Of a stretch of 64,000 nt of DNA, positions 28,692 to 38,304 are shown in pieces (within the stretch, counting starts at the first letter, position 1; every line of letters starts with the position of its first letter). The stretch is taken from positions 96,001-160,000 of the forward strand of contig JBEKDT010000001.1 in the NCBI GenBank assembly GCA_050014195.1. Reading direction: 5' to 3'. The notes beneath the pieces are model-generated. The model saw only the letters and a list, made by a program, of their open reading frames with translations, was not told the origin of the DNA and did no database searches. Position numbers and translations under genes: made by a program. This stretch comes from Desulfomonilia bacterium (GTDB taxonomy: Bacteria > Desulfobacterota > Desulfomonilia > UBA1062).

Positions 28692-30086
28692 TTATTTACC
28701 TTTTCTACTCCTATTCTTTGGCTTTTTATCATCCATTTTTGGTTTTTGATTTGATCCGGTAAGTTTTTCAAAGATATCTATAGTCTCATAAAGTTTCTCA
28801 CCTAATTTGTTTAGAGAGATGTTATCTGTGTTAGAAGGCTTAAAATCCAATTCCAGTTGAGTCTGTTTAGAATAGCTACTCTCTCTAAGTTCTGATTTTG
28901 GAGGCCAGGAAACAAGTGTTGATATACCTGGAACCAATTCAATAGTTAGACTATTTGCATAATCAGTATTAAAAGATGTATCTGGGTTATCTAACTTCAA
29001 TAACAAATCAAACTCATTGAAGCTAATATCGGAGGTTGGGCTTTCAAATACAATTGATTTACTTAATAATTGTCTTGAAATCCTCCATCCCAATCCGTAA
29101 TTGTATGACATTATATCCGAATTTGGAGTAAGACCCGCACATATACCATACCAGATATAAACTCCAGGGTAATTCCGGAAATACGGTTCTAAAAGTGCCT
29201 GATGCTTAAAGCTTCCAGGTGTGATTTGGTTTGCCAGACATGCAATAGTAAAAGATGCTGATTGTGGATGTATTTGTTTGTTTGAAGTAAGAATTTCACA
29301 GACTTTCTCGTATTGTTCCACACGCACTTCGATCTTAGAATATGTCGAAGGTATCTCGGGGAAATCTATAGGGTGGTGTAGTATTTCTGCAATTTGTGCT
29401 CGAGTTATTTCAAGACCATTGGCTATGGAATTAAGGACATTTTTAATCGGATAAAAGAATAATCTCTCTTGGAAGAAGTTATTATCGTCTAAATTGGCTA
29501 CAATAGCAGAAAGCAAGTTCTGCCAAATACCTTGTAAGTACGTTGAATAAGAAGGCCTAATCGATAGATAAGCAAGCTTGCGAACTGTATCATATCTTCT
29601 TGCAATCTCCATTTTATTATAAGGAGAATTAAGAATGTATGCCATAGCAATAGCATAAGAAAAAGTGCTTCTTGCTGCCATAGAATTCTGGTGCTTTATA
29701 CTTCCATATTTATATAACTCAAATATTTCTCCAATTATTGATCCAACTAATACATTTTCAATTTGAATAGGGAGATCCATTGGTTTAGTATGCTGAAGCA
29801 TTTCAAATTCATTAATATCAATTATTCTTGTGAATGCAGTAACTGGCTTTAACGTCTTGAGGTATGTAGAAGTCCATGCGATAAGTTCCTTTTCTTTCCC
29901 TGTTGGAGTACAAATATAGATGGGAAAGTAGTTATTATGGGAGGGTTCATCTTTCCAAATAAGTAGGAGTTCTTCATCTTTTAGAGATGGAATTAACGGA
30001 AACTGTTGAATACTAAATATGTCTTTGGCATTTCGGCTCTGTAGTAAATCAAGAAATGATTTTTTATCTGCTTTTGCAAAAAACAT
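28692..30086 (-). CDS. Hypothetical protein, third gene of kinase-helicase operon
   Basis: 464-aa ORF; its ATG directly abuts the helicase stop. Confidence 0.7.
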   Translation of the reverse strand: MFFAKADKKSFLDLLQSRNAKDIFSIQQFPLIPSLKDEELLLIWKDEPSHNNYFPIYICTPTGKEKELIAWTSTYLKTLKPVTAFTRIIDINEFEMLQHTKPMDLPIQIENVLVGSIIGEIFELYKYGSIKHQNSMAARSTFSYAIAMAYILNSPYNKMEIARRYDTVRKLAYLSIRPSYSTYLQGIWQNLLSAIVANLDDNNFFQERLFFYPIKNVLNSIANGLEITRAQIAEILHHPIDFPEIPSTYSKIEVRVEQYEKVCEILTSNKQIHPQSASFTIACLANQITPGSFKHQALLEPYFRNYPGVYIWYGICAGLTPNSDIMSYNYGLGWRISRQLLSKSIVFESPTSDISFNEFDLLLKLDNPDTSFNTDYANSLTIELVPGISTLVSWPPKSELRESSYSKQTQLELDFKPSNTDNISLNKLGEKLYETIDIFEKLTGSNQKPKMDDKKPKNRSRKGK

Positions 30087-31256
30087 TTAGTTCTCCACCT
30101 TTTTAAAAAGGTCTTCTACTACAGGTAGTGACGGAGGCCGTTTCAAAGATGCATAAGCCTGTTCAAAATAACCTGGCAATCCATCAATGTGATAAATATA
30201 TAGAGCAGTCTTTGCCCTAGTAACTCCTGTAAAACAAGTATTTCTTTGTTTAGGGAACTTCTTAACATATTCTAAATAACACAAATGAAGAGCGCGGAAT
30301 TCTAACCCTTTTGCACTATGTATTGTTGATACTACTATCGGGCGTTCATAATCAATTTCTCCAGCAATATCTTCGCGCATTTGTATTTTACCTTGCTTAT
30401 AGAAAGATGTACCTCTAAGTAATTCTGAAATACGCCTTAGTTCATCTTTGCGCGGCGTCAATATCCCAATAAACTCAGATGGATACGCTTTAAGTTGAAG
30501 ATCAATTTTACTCAAAACTTCATTGAACATCTCATCTAGAGAATCACATTCATAGTTGTCAACAGATGATGGAGCTACTTTCTCATTATAATTTGAAGTG
30601 CTCGCCATCGAAATGTAATCTTCGGTTTGTTTTGCAATGCCGTCAGCAAGATAGCATATCTTAAGTCCATTTCTGTAGTGATGTTTTAATTGGTGTATAT
30701 TATTTTCGTCGATATAAGTTCTTAGATAGGAAAGGCCGTCATCTCCACTATAAATCTTCTGCTTGATATCACCTACGGCAAATATATTACGCGCCAAAGC
30801 GCGAAACGCATCAATTTCGGCTGGTAAATAATCCTGCACTTCATCAAGCAGTATGTATTCATAAAGGTTCCGGAGCTTTTTATTTTTAATTAATAAATCG
30901 AGTTCTCGACTTAATTGAATCCTGCTCTTTTCAAAATCGTCTGATATGTTGATCTGAATATCGTTTTCTCTAAGAAGTTCAAATGTCCAAGCTCTGCTTG
31001 TTCGGATTTTAGTAGCTGAAAAAGAATAATGAGAAGAACCCGATCTCATAAAGTCTTGTAACTGCCTTGTAAAAACCAATATAATCGAATTGGGATTACC
31101 TGATCTTTGCAAAAAATCAGCTCGTAAGAGTAACAAATTTGATTTTCCAGAGCCTGGAGGACCTAGAACCAGGTGGCTTTGGTTTAATGGCAATGAAATG
31201 ACTGTTTTCTGGTCATCATCAAGCTGATTGGGATTTACCCACCATGTGCTATCCAT
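30087..31256 (-). CDS. Compact UvrD/SF1 helicase-like ATPase
   Basis: GPPGSGKS, LLDEVQD, VGDIKQKIY, HYRN, STIHSAKGLEF, GVTRAK. Confidence 0.88.
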   Translation of the reverse strand: MDSTWWVNPNQLDDDQKTVISLPLNQSHLVLGPPGSGKSNLLLLRADFLQRSGNPNSIILVFTRQLQDFMRSGSSHYSFSATKIRTSRAWTFELLRENDIQINISDDFEKSRIQLSRELDLLIKNKKLRNLYEYILLDEVQDYLPAEIDAFRALARNIFAVGDIKQKIYSGDDGLSYLRTYIDENNIHQLKHHYRNGLKICYLADGIAKQTEDYISMASTSNYNEKVAPSSVDNYECDSLDEMFNEVLSKIDLQLKAYPSEFIGILTPRKDELRRISELLRGTSFYKQGKIQMREDIAGEIDYERPIVVSTIHSAKGLEFRALHLCYLEYVKKFPKQRNTCFTGVTRAKTALYIYHIDGLPGYFEQAYASLKRPPSLPVVEDLFKKVEN

Positions 31257-32694
31257 CCTGGTCTTTATCCTCCTCTAATCTGTAAACAATCCAAGGATTG
31301 GAGCAAGTTATACTTCTATCAGTTAGTGTAGACTGTGAGTCACATTTGAGCTGTGCTTGATCAAGTACAACGTGCAGCATTTCCTCGATGGAAGCTTTCA
31401 ATTTTACATCATCAATAATATCTTCATAAAATAGAGAAAGATGTTGAATTGCCTGATTAAAATTGATTTTATCTTCCAGAATAGCAGCGCATTGAAGCTG
31501 GATCAACTTAGTGGATAAGTCCACAATAGAAGCTGTAATTAACACAGTGAGATCAGTAGTAAGAGAATGTCTTAATGAAGATGCGAAGCTTACAATTGCT
31601 AATATATCAAATATCTCCTTACTTGGAAAGAATTGGATGATTAGCTTTGGAAATAAGCCATTCCCTATACAGGTTTCTCGAATAGCTGAATCAAGAATAC
31701 TTTGCATGTCATATTTAAATTGCTCGGTTAATCGGGTAGAATCTTCTTTCTGGGCTTCTTGTTTGGTGCAATGCAAAGTTGATTCACTTCTATGTTGTAT
31801 TCGTGCTTTCACTTGCTTCAAATGGTTTGTATTTTTGCGTGGGAATTTAAAATCGTCCCAATCTATCATTCGCAATCTCAATTTCGGCGGCTTTAGAAGA
31901 CACAGTCGGGCAAGGTGGATTAAGTCTGGATCAACATCTTCACAAAATAGCCCAGGGGTCTCGTATTCAATTGCATGTACAAGTTTTGCAAAAGGCTCAG
32001 TTTGACCTTCAAATATTGGTACGCGCATTATCATATCGTGAAGGACTGCTCCAATTTGATAAAAAGTCACTGCTCGCCATCCATCGCGTGAATTTTCTTC
32101 TAAACGAAATAAAAACTCTGGAGAACTATATCTAAGGGTCCCAACAAAACGCTGAGTATTAGTTGAATCGGTTAGTTCATTTTTACCCAAAGGTTTAATA
32201 ACTCCAAAATCAAGCAATACTGCTTTGGAATAATCACGACTTACTACTATATTATCTGGCTTAATATCACGATGAGCCAAATCAAGTGATTCAATGAACT
32301 TAGCGGCGGAAGCAATTTGAGTAACAAGTGTCCCGATTTTATTACGAGGAATCTTCTTGATAAGACTGGATAATGGGACTGCGTCAATATGCTGCATCAC
32401 GAGAAAGTAGCATTTAATCTCTTTTGAATATCCGCCACCATATATTTCAATAAGATTTGGATGTTTCTTGGAAACTAGTGTCAACTGCCTTTCTAACCGT
32501 ATTTTTAATTCCTCAATTTCATTCTTCCCAAGAAAGTCAGTCTCAAATATTTTTATTGCTGAGATTTTGTCATTATTCCTAGCTTCGCATACGAAGGCCG
32601 TCTTGCCAGATCCAATGTAATCGCCAATTGTCCAGTCGGAGATAGTTTTAGTCTTAATCTCACTGGCTCTCTTTTTTGCAAGTTCTTCATTCAT
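31249..32694 (-). CDS. Hanks-type Ser/Thr protein kinase with C-terminal unknown domain
   Basis: IGSGKTAFV, AIKI, HPNLI, HRDIKPDN, LLDFG, GTLRYSSPE. Confidence 0.9.
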   Translation of the reverse strand: MNEELAKKRASEIKTKTISDWTIGDYIGSGKTAFVCEARNNDKISAIKIFETDFLGKNEIEELKIRLERQLTLVSKKHPNLIEIYGGGYSKEIKCYFLVMQHIDAVPLSSLIKKIPRNKIGTLVTQIASAAKFIESLDLAHRDIKPDNIVVSRDYSKAVLLDFGVIKPLGKNELTDSTNTQRFVGTLRYSSPEFLFRLEENSRDGWRAVTFYQIGAVLHDMIMRVPIFEGQTEPFAKLVHAIEYETPGLFCEDVDPDLIHLARLCLLKPPKLRLRMIDWDDFKFPRKNTNHLKQVKARIQHRSESTLHCTKQEAQKEDSTRLTEQFKYDMQSILDSAIRETCIGNGLFPKLIIQFFPSKEIFDILAIVSFASSLRHSLTTDLTVLITASIVDLSTKLIQLQCAAILEDKINFNQAIQHLSLFYEDIIDDVKLKASIEEMLHVVLDQAQLKCDSQSTLTDRSITCSNPWIVYRLEEDKDQDG

Positions 32695-33282
32695 AACTGG
32701 ACCAGCATAAGATTAACCAAATTAGAAGCTTCAATAGTTTTATCCCTCCTATATAATTATATCATTTATATATGGCAGTGTAAAACCAATTAAATTTTAT
32801 GCGTTAACTCTTAATTATCATGGTATCATTTAATGCTTGAATGGAATGTAAGTAAATGGCCTAGTAAAAGACTTAAGATAAAAAAATATGTTCAGTATTA
32901 AATCGCCGATAACAAGGAATACGTACTGCTGCAGGGCCAGAGTATTAAATATGAATGGGCCAGAACTGACAATTTGAACATGTGACCTGAAAAGCATAAA
33001 TCTCAAGAGGTTCATAATATTAACTGTAAGAAAAGCTTATATTAATCGCAAGTATATGAACTCTGATATAGTATTTAATAAACATCTCATGATATAAAAT
33101 AATAGGTTGCGGACCTGTGGTTCCACACCATGAAATCGTTGATCATGGTCTATGCGAATGGGAGGTAATCTGTTTATCCAAGGTAATGAGAATGAAATAT
33201 CCGTGTCGGTCATTATATATTCTGATACGCTGCTGATCCGTAGCTCTTAATGGCAAATTGAACTCGGTACCGGGGGAAAACA

Positions 33283-34833
33283 ATGAATCATAACGGCAAC
33301 AACATCGAAGCCCAGCTGTGGGACGCAGCAGACGAACTGCGAGCTAATTCCAAGCTGAAGTCTTCGGAATACTCCGTCCCGGTGTTGGGGCTGGTCTTTC
33401 TACGCTATGCCGACCACAAGTTCCAGGTGGCGGCGAAAGAACTGGCGGGCACAAGCGCCGGACGGCGCACCATAGGCCCGGCTGACTATCAGGCGCGGGG
33501 CGTGCTCTATCTGCCCGAGACAGCACGTTTCTCGGCGCTGATACAATTGCCCGAAGGGGCCAACATCGGTCAGGCCATCAACGACGCCATGCGCGCCATC
33601 GAGACGGAGAACCCTGACCTCAAGGACGTGTTGCCCAAGGCCTACAACCGCTTCGAGAACGCCCTGCTCAAGGAACTGCTCAAGACTATGAACTCCGTCC
33701 CCATGGACATCGAGGGGGACGCCTTCGGCAAGATTTACGAATACTTCCTCGGCCACTTCGCCATGAGCGAAGGCCAAAAGGGTGGCGAGTTTTTCACCCC
33801 TATTGCCATCGTCCAGCTCATCGTCGGCATCATCGAACCCTTCCATGGGCGCATCTTCGACCCGGCCTGCGGCTCCGGCGGCATGTTCGTGCAGAGCGCC
33901 AGCTTTGTCGCCGAGCATAAAAAGAACCCCAGTGCCGAGCTGAGTGTCTATGGCCAGGAGAAGGTGGCTGAAACCGTCCGGCTGGGCAAGATGAACCTAG
34001 CGGTGCACGGACTGGCCGGGGACATCCGCCAGGGCAATGCCTACTACGAAGACCTACACCGCTCCACCGGCAAGTTCGACTTCGTGATGGCCAATCCACC
34101 CTTCAACGTTGACCGGGTGAATAAAGACCGGCTCAAGGATGACCCGCGCTTTCCCTTCGGTCTACCCCGCACCGACAACGCCAACTACCTCTGGATTCAG
34201 CTCTTCTACAGCGCGCTTTCTGACACCGGCCGCGCCGGATTCGTCATGGCCAACTCCGCCTCCGACGCCCGCGGCTCGGAACAGGACATCCGCAAGCAAC
34301 TCATCGAAGCCTGCGCCGTGGATGTAATGGTGGCAGTCGGCTCCAACTTCTTCTACACGGTGACGCTTCCCTGCACACTTTGGTTCTTCGACCGGGGCAA
34401 GCGCAAGACTGCCCGTACCGACCAGGTACTCTTCATTGACGCCCGCCACCTCTACCGCCAGATAGACCGTGCCCACCGCGACTGGACCCCGGCCCAGATC
34501 GAGTTCCTAGCCAACATCGCACGGCTCTACCGAGCCGAGGCAGTCGAGAACCTGCACGACAGCGGCGGGCTAATGGCCCAGCATTTCCCTGATGGCACAT
34601 ACACCGACGTGGCAGGGCTGTGCAAGGTGGCGACGCTGGCAGAGATCGAAGCCCAGGGCTGGAGCATCAACCCCGGTCGCTATGTGGGTGTAGCCGCCCG
34701 CACCGAGGAGGATTTCGACTTCAAGGAGCGGCTGGAGGATCAGAACGAAGAATTGGAAACCCTCAACGCCGAGGCCCGGGAACTGGAAGAGCGGATCGCG
34801 GAGAATGTGGCAATGTTGTTGGAGCGGGAGTGA
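33283..34833 (+). CDS. hsdM: Type I RM methyltransferase
   Basis: [29 protein letters not shown]. Confidence 0.95.
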   Translation: MNHNGNNIEAQLWDAADELRANSKLKSSEYSVPVLGLVFLRYADHKFQVAAKELAGTSAGRRTIGPADYQARGVLYLPETARFSALIQLPEGANIGQAINDAMRAIETENPDLKDVLPKAYNRFENALLKELLKTMNSVPMDIEGDAFGKIYEYFLGHFAMSEGQKGGEFFTPIAIVQLIVGIIEPFHGRIFDPACGSGGMFVQSASFVAEHKKNPSAELSVYGQEKVAETVRLGKMNLAVHGLAGDIRQGNAYYEDLHRSTGKFDFVMANPPFNVDRVNKDRLKDDPRFPFGLPRTDNANYLWIQLFYSALSDTGRAGFVMANSASDARGSEQDIRKQLIEACAVDVMVAVGSNFFYTVTLPCTLWFFDRGKRKTARTDQVLFIDARHLYRQIDRAHRDWTPAQIEFLANIARLYRAEAVENLHDSGGLMAQHFPDGTYTDVAGLCKVATLAEIEAQGWSINPGRYVGVAARTEEDFDFKERLEDQNEELETLNAEARELEERIAENVAMLLERE

Positions 34834-36116
34834 TGAAAGGAAATCCCAGGCGCTCCGTTAAACTTGGCGACCTTTTCACAATCAAGCATGGTTATGCGTT
34901 CAAAGGGGAACACTTCGGCACAGAGGGCTCACACATCGTTCTTACTCCTGGCAACTTCTTCGACGAAGGTGGCTTTAAGAAGAAGGGGGACAAAGAAAAA
35001 TGGTATTCGGGCAAAATCCCCGAGGACTACATCCTGTTTCGCGGTGACCTTCTTGTAGCCATGACCGAGCAAGCGGAAGGACTTCTCGGAAGTTCCGCAA
35101 TAGTTCCTGAAGGCGGCCGTTACCTCCATAATCAGCGCCTTGGACTCATCCAGAATTTTAACGATGTTGATAAGCGCTTCCTCTACTATCTCTTCAATTC
35201 GCAAACGGTCAGACAGCAAATCAGAGCCAGCTGCAGTGGGGTCAAAGTTCGGCATACATCACCATCTCGGATTTACGATGTCAAGGTGGCTATCCCCCCC
35301 CTCCCTACGCAGCGGAAGATCGCGGCAATACTCTCGGCTTACGACGACCTGATCGAGAACAACCTGCAGCGGATCAAGATTCTGGAGAAGATGGCGCAGA
35401 ACCTCTACCGCGAGTGGTTCGTTAAGCTCCGATTTCCCGGCCACCAGCACGCCCGCTTTGTCGATTCTCCTCTCGGCCGGATTCCGGAGGGGTGGGAGGT
35501 GGTGGCCTTGGAAGACGTTTGCAGTAGAATTACTGACGGATCACATCACAGCCCTAAGTCCGTCGAGTTCGGATATCCAATGGCATCAGTCAAAGATATG
35601 CACGATTGGGGAATCAACATCGATACATGCCGAAAAATCAGTGAAGATGATTTTCAAAACCTGGTTCGTAATGACTGCAAGATGCTGAAGGATGACGTGC
35701 TTATAGCAAAGGATGGCAGCTACCTAAAGCACTGTTTTGTAGTCGAGAAAGATCTTGATGTCGCATTATTATCATCAATAGCTATGCTTCGGCCTAACAA
35801 AAGAATTAATCCTCATGTTTTAGCGATGATACTCCGGGAGCCAGACATGAAGATTAGAATGACAGGTTTTGTTTCTGGCGCAGCTTTGCCCAGAATAATT
35901 TTGCAAGCTTTCCGACAGTTTCAGATCATATTGCCGCATATTGCACTACAGGAACGATGGGCAGCATCTGCTGAGCCTATGATTCAGCTTTGTTGGCGTT
36001 TGCTCAATGCGAATGCAAACCTCCGCTGCACCCGCAATCTGATGCTGCCCATGCTCATCTCCGGCGAAGTGGACGTGTCAGAACTGGATATCACTGTTTC
36101 CGAGGAGGCTGCATGA
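34833..36116 (+). CDS. hsdS: Type I RM specificity subunit
   Basis: Two TRDs; PPLPTQRKIAAILSAYDDLIENN, IPEGW, LP-LISGE. ATG overlaps the hsdM stop. Confidence 0.93.
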   Translation: MKGNPRRSVKLGDLFTIKHGYAFKGEHFGTEGSHIVLTPGNFFDEGGFKKKGDKEKWYSGKIPEDYILFRGDLLVAMTEQAEGLLGSSAIVPEGGRYLHNQRLGLIQNFNDVDKRFLYYLFNSQTVRQQIRASCSGVKVRHTSPSRIYDVKVAIPPLPTQRKIAAILSAYDDLIENNLQRIKILEKMAQNLYREWFVKLRFPGHQHARFVDSPLGRIPEGWEVVALEDVCSRITDGSHHSPKSVEFGYPMASVKDMHDWGINIDTCRKISEDDFQNLVRNDCKMLKDDVLIAKDGSYLKHCFVVEKDLDVALLSSIAMLRPNKRINPHVLAMILREPDMKIRMTGFVSGAALPRIILQAFRQFQIILPHIALQERWAASAEPMIQLCWRLLNANANLRCTRNLMLPMLISGEVDVSELDITVSEEAA

Positions 36117-36826
36117 GTGAGGTCTTTAATATTTACTGTGATGAGTCCTGCCATCTGGAAAACGACAAGCAAAAGGTAATGGTTCTGGGTGCTGTGTGGT
36201 GTCCTCAGGATAAAACACAGGAGATCGCGATACGGCTGCGTGAAATCAAGAAAAAACATGGTATGCCAACCCCGTTCGAGGTGAAATGGACCAAGGTTTC
36301 ACCGGCCAAAAAGGACCTTTATCTCGACCTCATCGATTATTTTTTCGATGACGACGATCTCCATTTTAGGGCGCTGATCGTACCGGAGAAGGACAAGCTG
36401 CAGCATGATGCCTTTCCAGGGCAGGACCACGACACTTGGTATTACAAGATGTACTTTGACATGCTCAAGGTCATCCTCCGACCGGATGCTCGATATCGGA
36501 TCTATCTTGACATAAAGGACACTAAGGGGGCTAAAAAGGCCGCCCAACTTCATGATGTGCTATGTAATAACATGTACGACTTCTCCCGCGAGGTGATCGA
36601 GCGTTTACAGTTGGTTCACTCACACGAGATCGAGCAGTTGCAGTTGGCGGATTTAATGATCGGTGCTATCGCTTATCTGAACCGGGGCCTAAGGGGTAAT
36701 GCCGGGAAAATAGCCTTGATAGAGAGAATGCAACAACGGTCAAGATATAGTTTGACGAAAACAACACTTTTACAGGAGGAGAAGGTCAATCTCTTTCGCT
36801 GGCATGCGATGGAGGTTCAGGGATGA
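36113..36826 (+). CDS. DUF3800 family protein (RNase H-like fold)
   Basis: IYCDESCHL, EVKW, QLADL motifs; ATGA overlap with hsdS. Confidence 0.85.
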   Translation: MSEVFNIYCDESCHLENDKQKVMVLGAVWCPQDKTQEIAIRLREIKKKHGMPTPFEVKWTKVSPAKKDLYLDLIDYFFDDDDLHFRALIVPEKDKLQHDAFPGQDHDTWYYKMYFDMLKVILRPDARYRIYLDIKDTKGAKKAAQLHDVLCNNMYDFSREVIERLQLVHSHEIEQLQLADLMIGAIAYLNRGLRGNAGKIALIERMQQRSRYSLTKTTLLQEEKVNLFRWHAMEVQG

Positions 36827-37323
36827 GCAATTCGTCCGACTGGCTGCCGTCGTTGGTTCTGTTAAAGGATTTCAAGGGGAACTGGGATGCCTACCTAGAT
36901 GCCATTTATACGTATTTCAAACAGGATTTCATAGAACATAAGCCGGTATTTCAGGGACGACGTCTCGGATTAAAACGGCATCCGCTATCTCATGGCAAAG
37001 AAGCAACATTCTGGCACATGATCCAAGAGGGTACGGTCGAAGAGGAACGTACTCCGGATTTACGACGTTGCGAGCGGATTCGCTGGCCGAAGCCAATTAT
37101 TGAGCATGATGAAGATCCTAAAGTCAAGTACTGGGTATCCGTCAAGAACAAGGAGGATCGAATTCATATCTGGCTGGAAGAGGAGAACTACTTGGTGGTA
37201 CTCGCTGACAGAAACGGATATCTGCTGCCTTGGACGGCTTTTCTGGTAACAAGGGAACACACACGGAAAAAACTGATGAGAGAATGCGAAGTGTACTGGA
37301 AGAACCAGGCTCTAAATAGCTGA
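36823..37323 (+). CDS. Conserved hypothetical partner of DUF3800, possible RelE/PBECR-like RNase
   Basis: FWH, PDLRRCERIRWPKPIIE, YLVVL, W-AF; 4-bp overlap with DUF3800. Confidence 0.6.
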   Translation: MSNSSDWLPSLVLLKDFKGNWDAYLDAIYTYFKQDFIEHKPVFQGRRLGLKRHPLSHGKEATFWHMIQEGTVEEERTPDLRRCERIRWPKPIIEHDEDPKVKYWVSVKNKEDRIHIWLEEENYLVVLADRNGYLLPWTAFLVTREHTRKKLMRECEVYWKNQALNS

Positions 37324-37377
37324 TGCCGCCTCGAGAGACGGCATCGTAACTCCTTCCACACATGGTGGATGAGCTAT
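37316..37377 (-). ncRNA. Putative small structured RNA downstream of the DUF3800 pair
   Basis: Closing ATAGCT/AGCTAT stem enclosing GATGCCG/CGGCATC and TCCAC/GTGGA hairpins. A G-U pair and TTGACT upstream favour the minus strand. Confidence 0.55.
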
Positions 37378-37530
37378 ATGCTTTATCGGGCTATTGAGCA
37401 TAAAAGTCAAGTATGATCACGTTGGGGGATGATAATTGACGAATTACTTGGAAAACACCATAGTTGGACAACCGGCAGTCACCTTGCTAGCGGCCCCGGG
37501 CCTCAGCATTCCCGAGGAGGCCAGCGTACT

Positions 37531-38304
37531 ATGAACCTCCATTATGACAAAACACCCTACGATACAATCGCCGCGGCGATCCCTATGTATGGCGGAAGAG
37601 AATTTCAATCACCGACCCGCTCAACTGTGCCTTTATTGTCCTGGCTGAAGTATGAACAACCGATGGTAAATTCACTGTTGCGAGACATGGGCCTGCACCC
37701 AGACTGTACTCTGCATCTCGAATACACTGTTGCGCCTCAGCAAGGGGCAGGTGTGGCGTCACATACCGATCTGATGGTGAGACAGCAAGGATGCGCCCTT
37801 GCCATTGAAGCCAAATGGACTGAGCCACGCTATGACACGGTTAGCAAGTGGTTAAAGAAGGGATCAAATCTTCAAAATCGCAAAGATGTGCTTACTGGTT
37901 GGCTGGGCTTGCTCCAAAAACATGCAATGCATGAGCTACACATAGAAGATTTTTCTGGAGCCATTTACCAAATGGTGCATCGTGCGGCCTCCGCTTGTGC
38001 GGTTGGGGAAAAGCCCAAATTGGCGTATTTAGTGTTCAAGCCCTCACCTGATCCAAGAACAGCAGTTATACAGACGATCCGTGATGATCTCACGCATTTG
38101 TGGAACTTGTTGGGCTGCCCCAAAGGATTTCCCTTTTATGTGGTTGAGTTGTCCCTCTCTCCGACGGCTGCATTCGATGCGATTGCGTCGCTGCCGAAAG
38201 GGAAGGAGGCAACGGACGAGACTGTGCGAGGTGCCTTGTTTAACGTACAGCTCTTTGATTTTTCAGAGTATGAATTGCGCACCGTAAACGGAGGTTGTGT
38301 CTGA
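37531..38304 (+). CDS. PD-(D/E)XK nuclease-like protein (DUF6946-like)
   Basis: LEY...SHTDLM...AIEAK--E, YQMVHRAASA; GGAGG SD before ATG 37531. Confidence 0.65.
   Translation: MNLHYDKTPYDTIAAAIPMYGGREFQSPTRSTVPLLSWLKYEQPMVNSLLRDMGLHPDCTLHLEYTVAPQQGAGVASHTDLMVRQQGCALAIEAKWTEPRYDTVSKWLKKGSNLQNRKDVLTGWLGLLQKHAMHELHIEDFSGAIYQMVHRAASACAVGEKPKLAYLVFKPSPDPRTAVIQTIRDDLTHLWNLLGCPKGFPFYVVELSLSPTAAFDAIASLPKGKEATDETVRGALFNVQLFDFSEYELRTVNGGCV

Noticed and set aside
34620-34832. Extended hsdS start (and DUF3800 start at 35990)
   Set aside because: They overlap the upstream genes extensively; coupled starts at 34833 and 36113 fit better.
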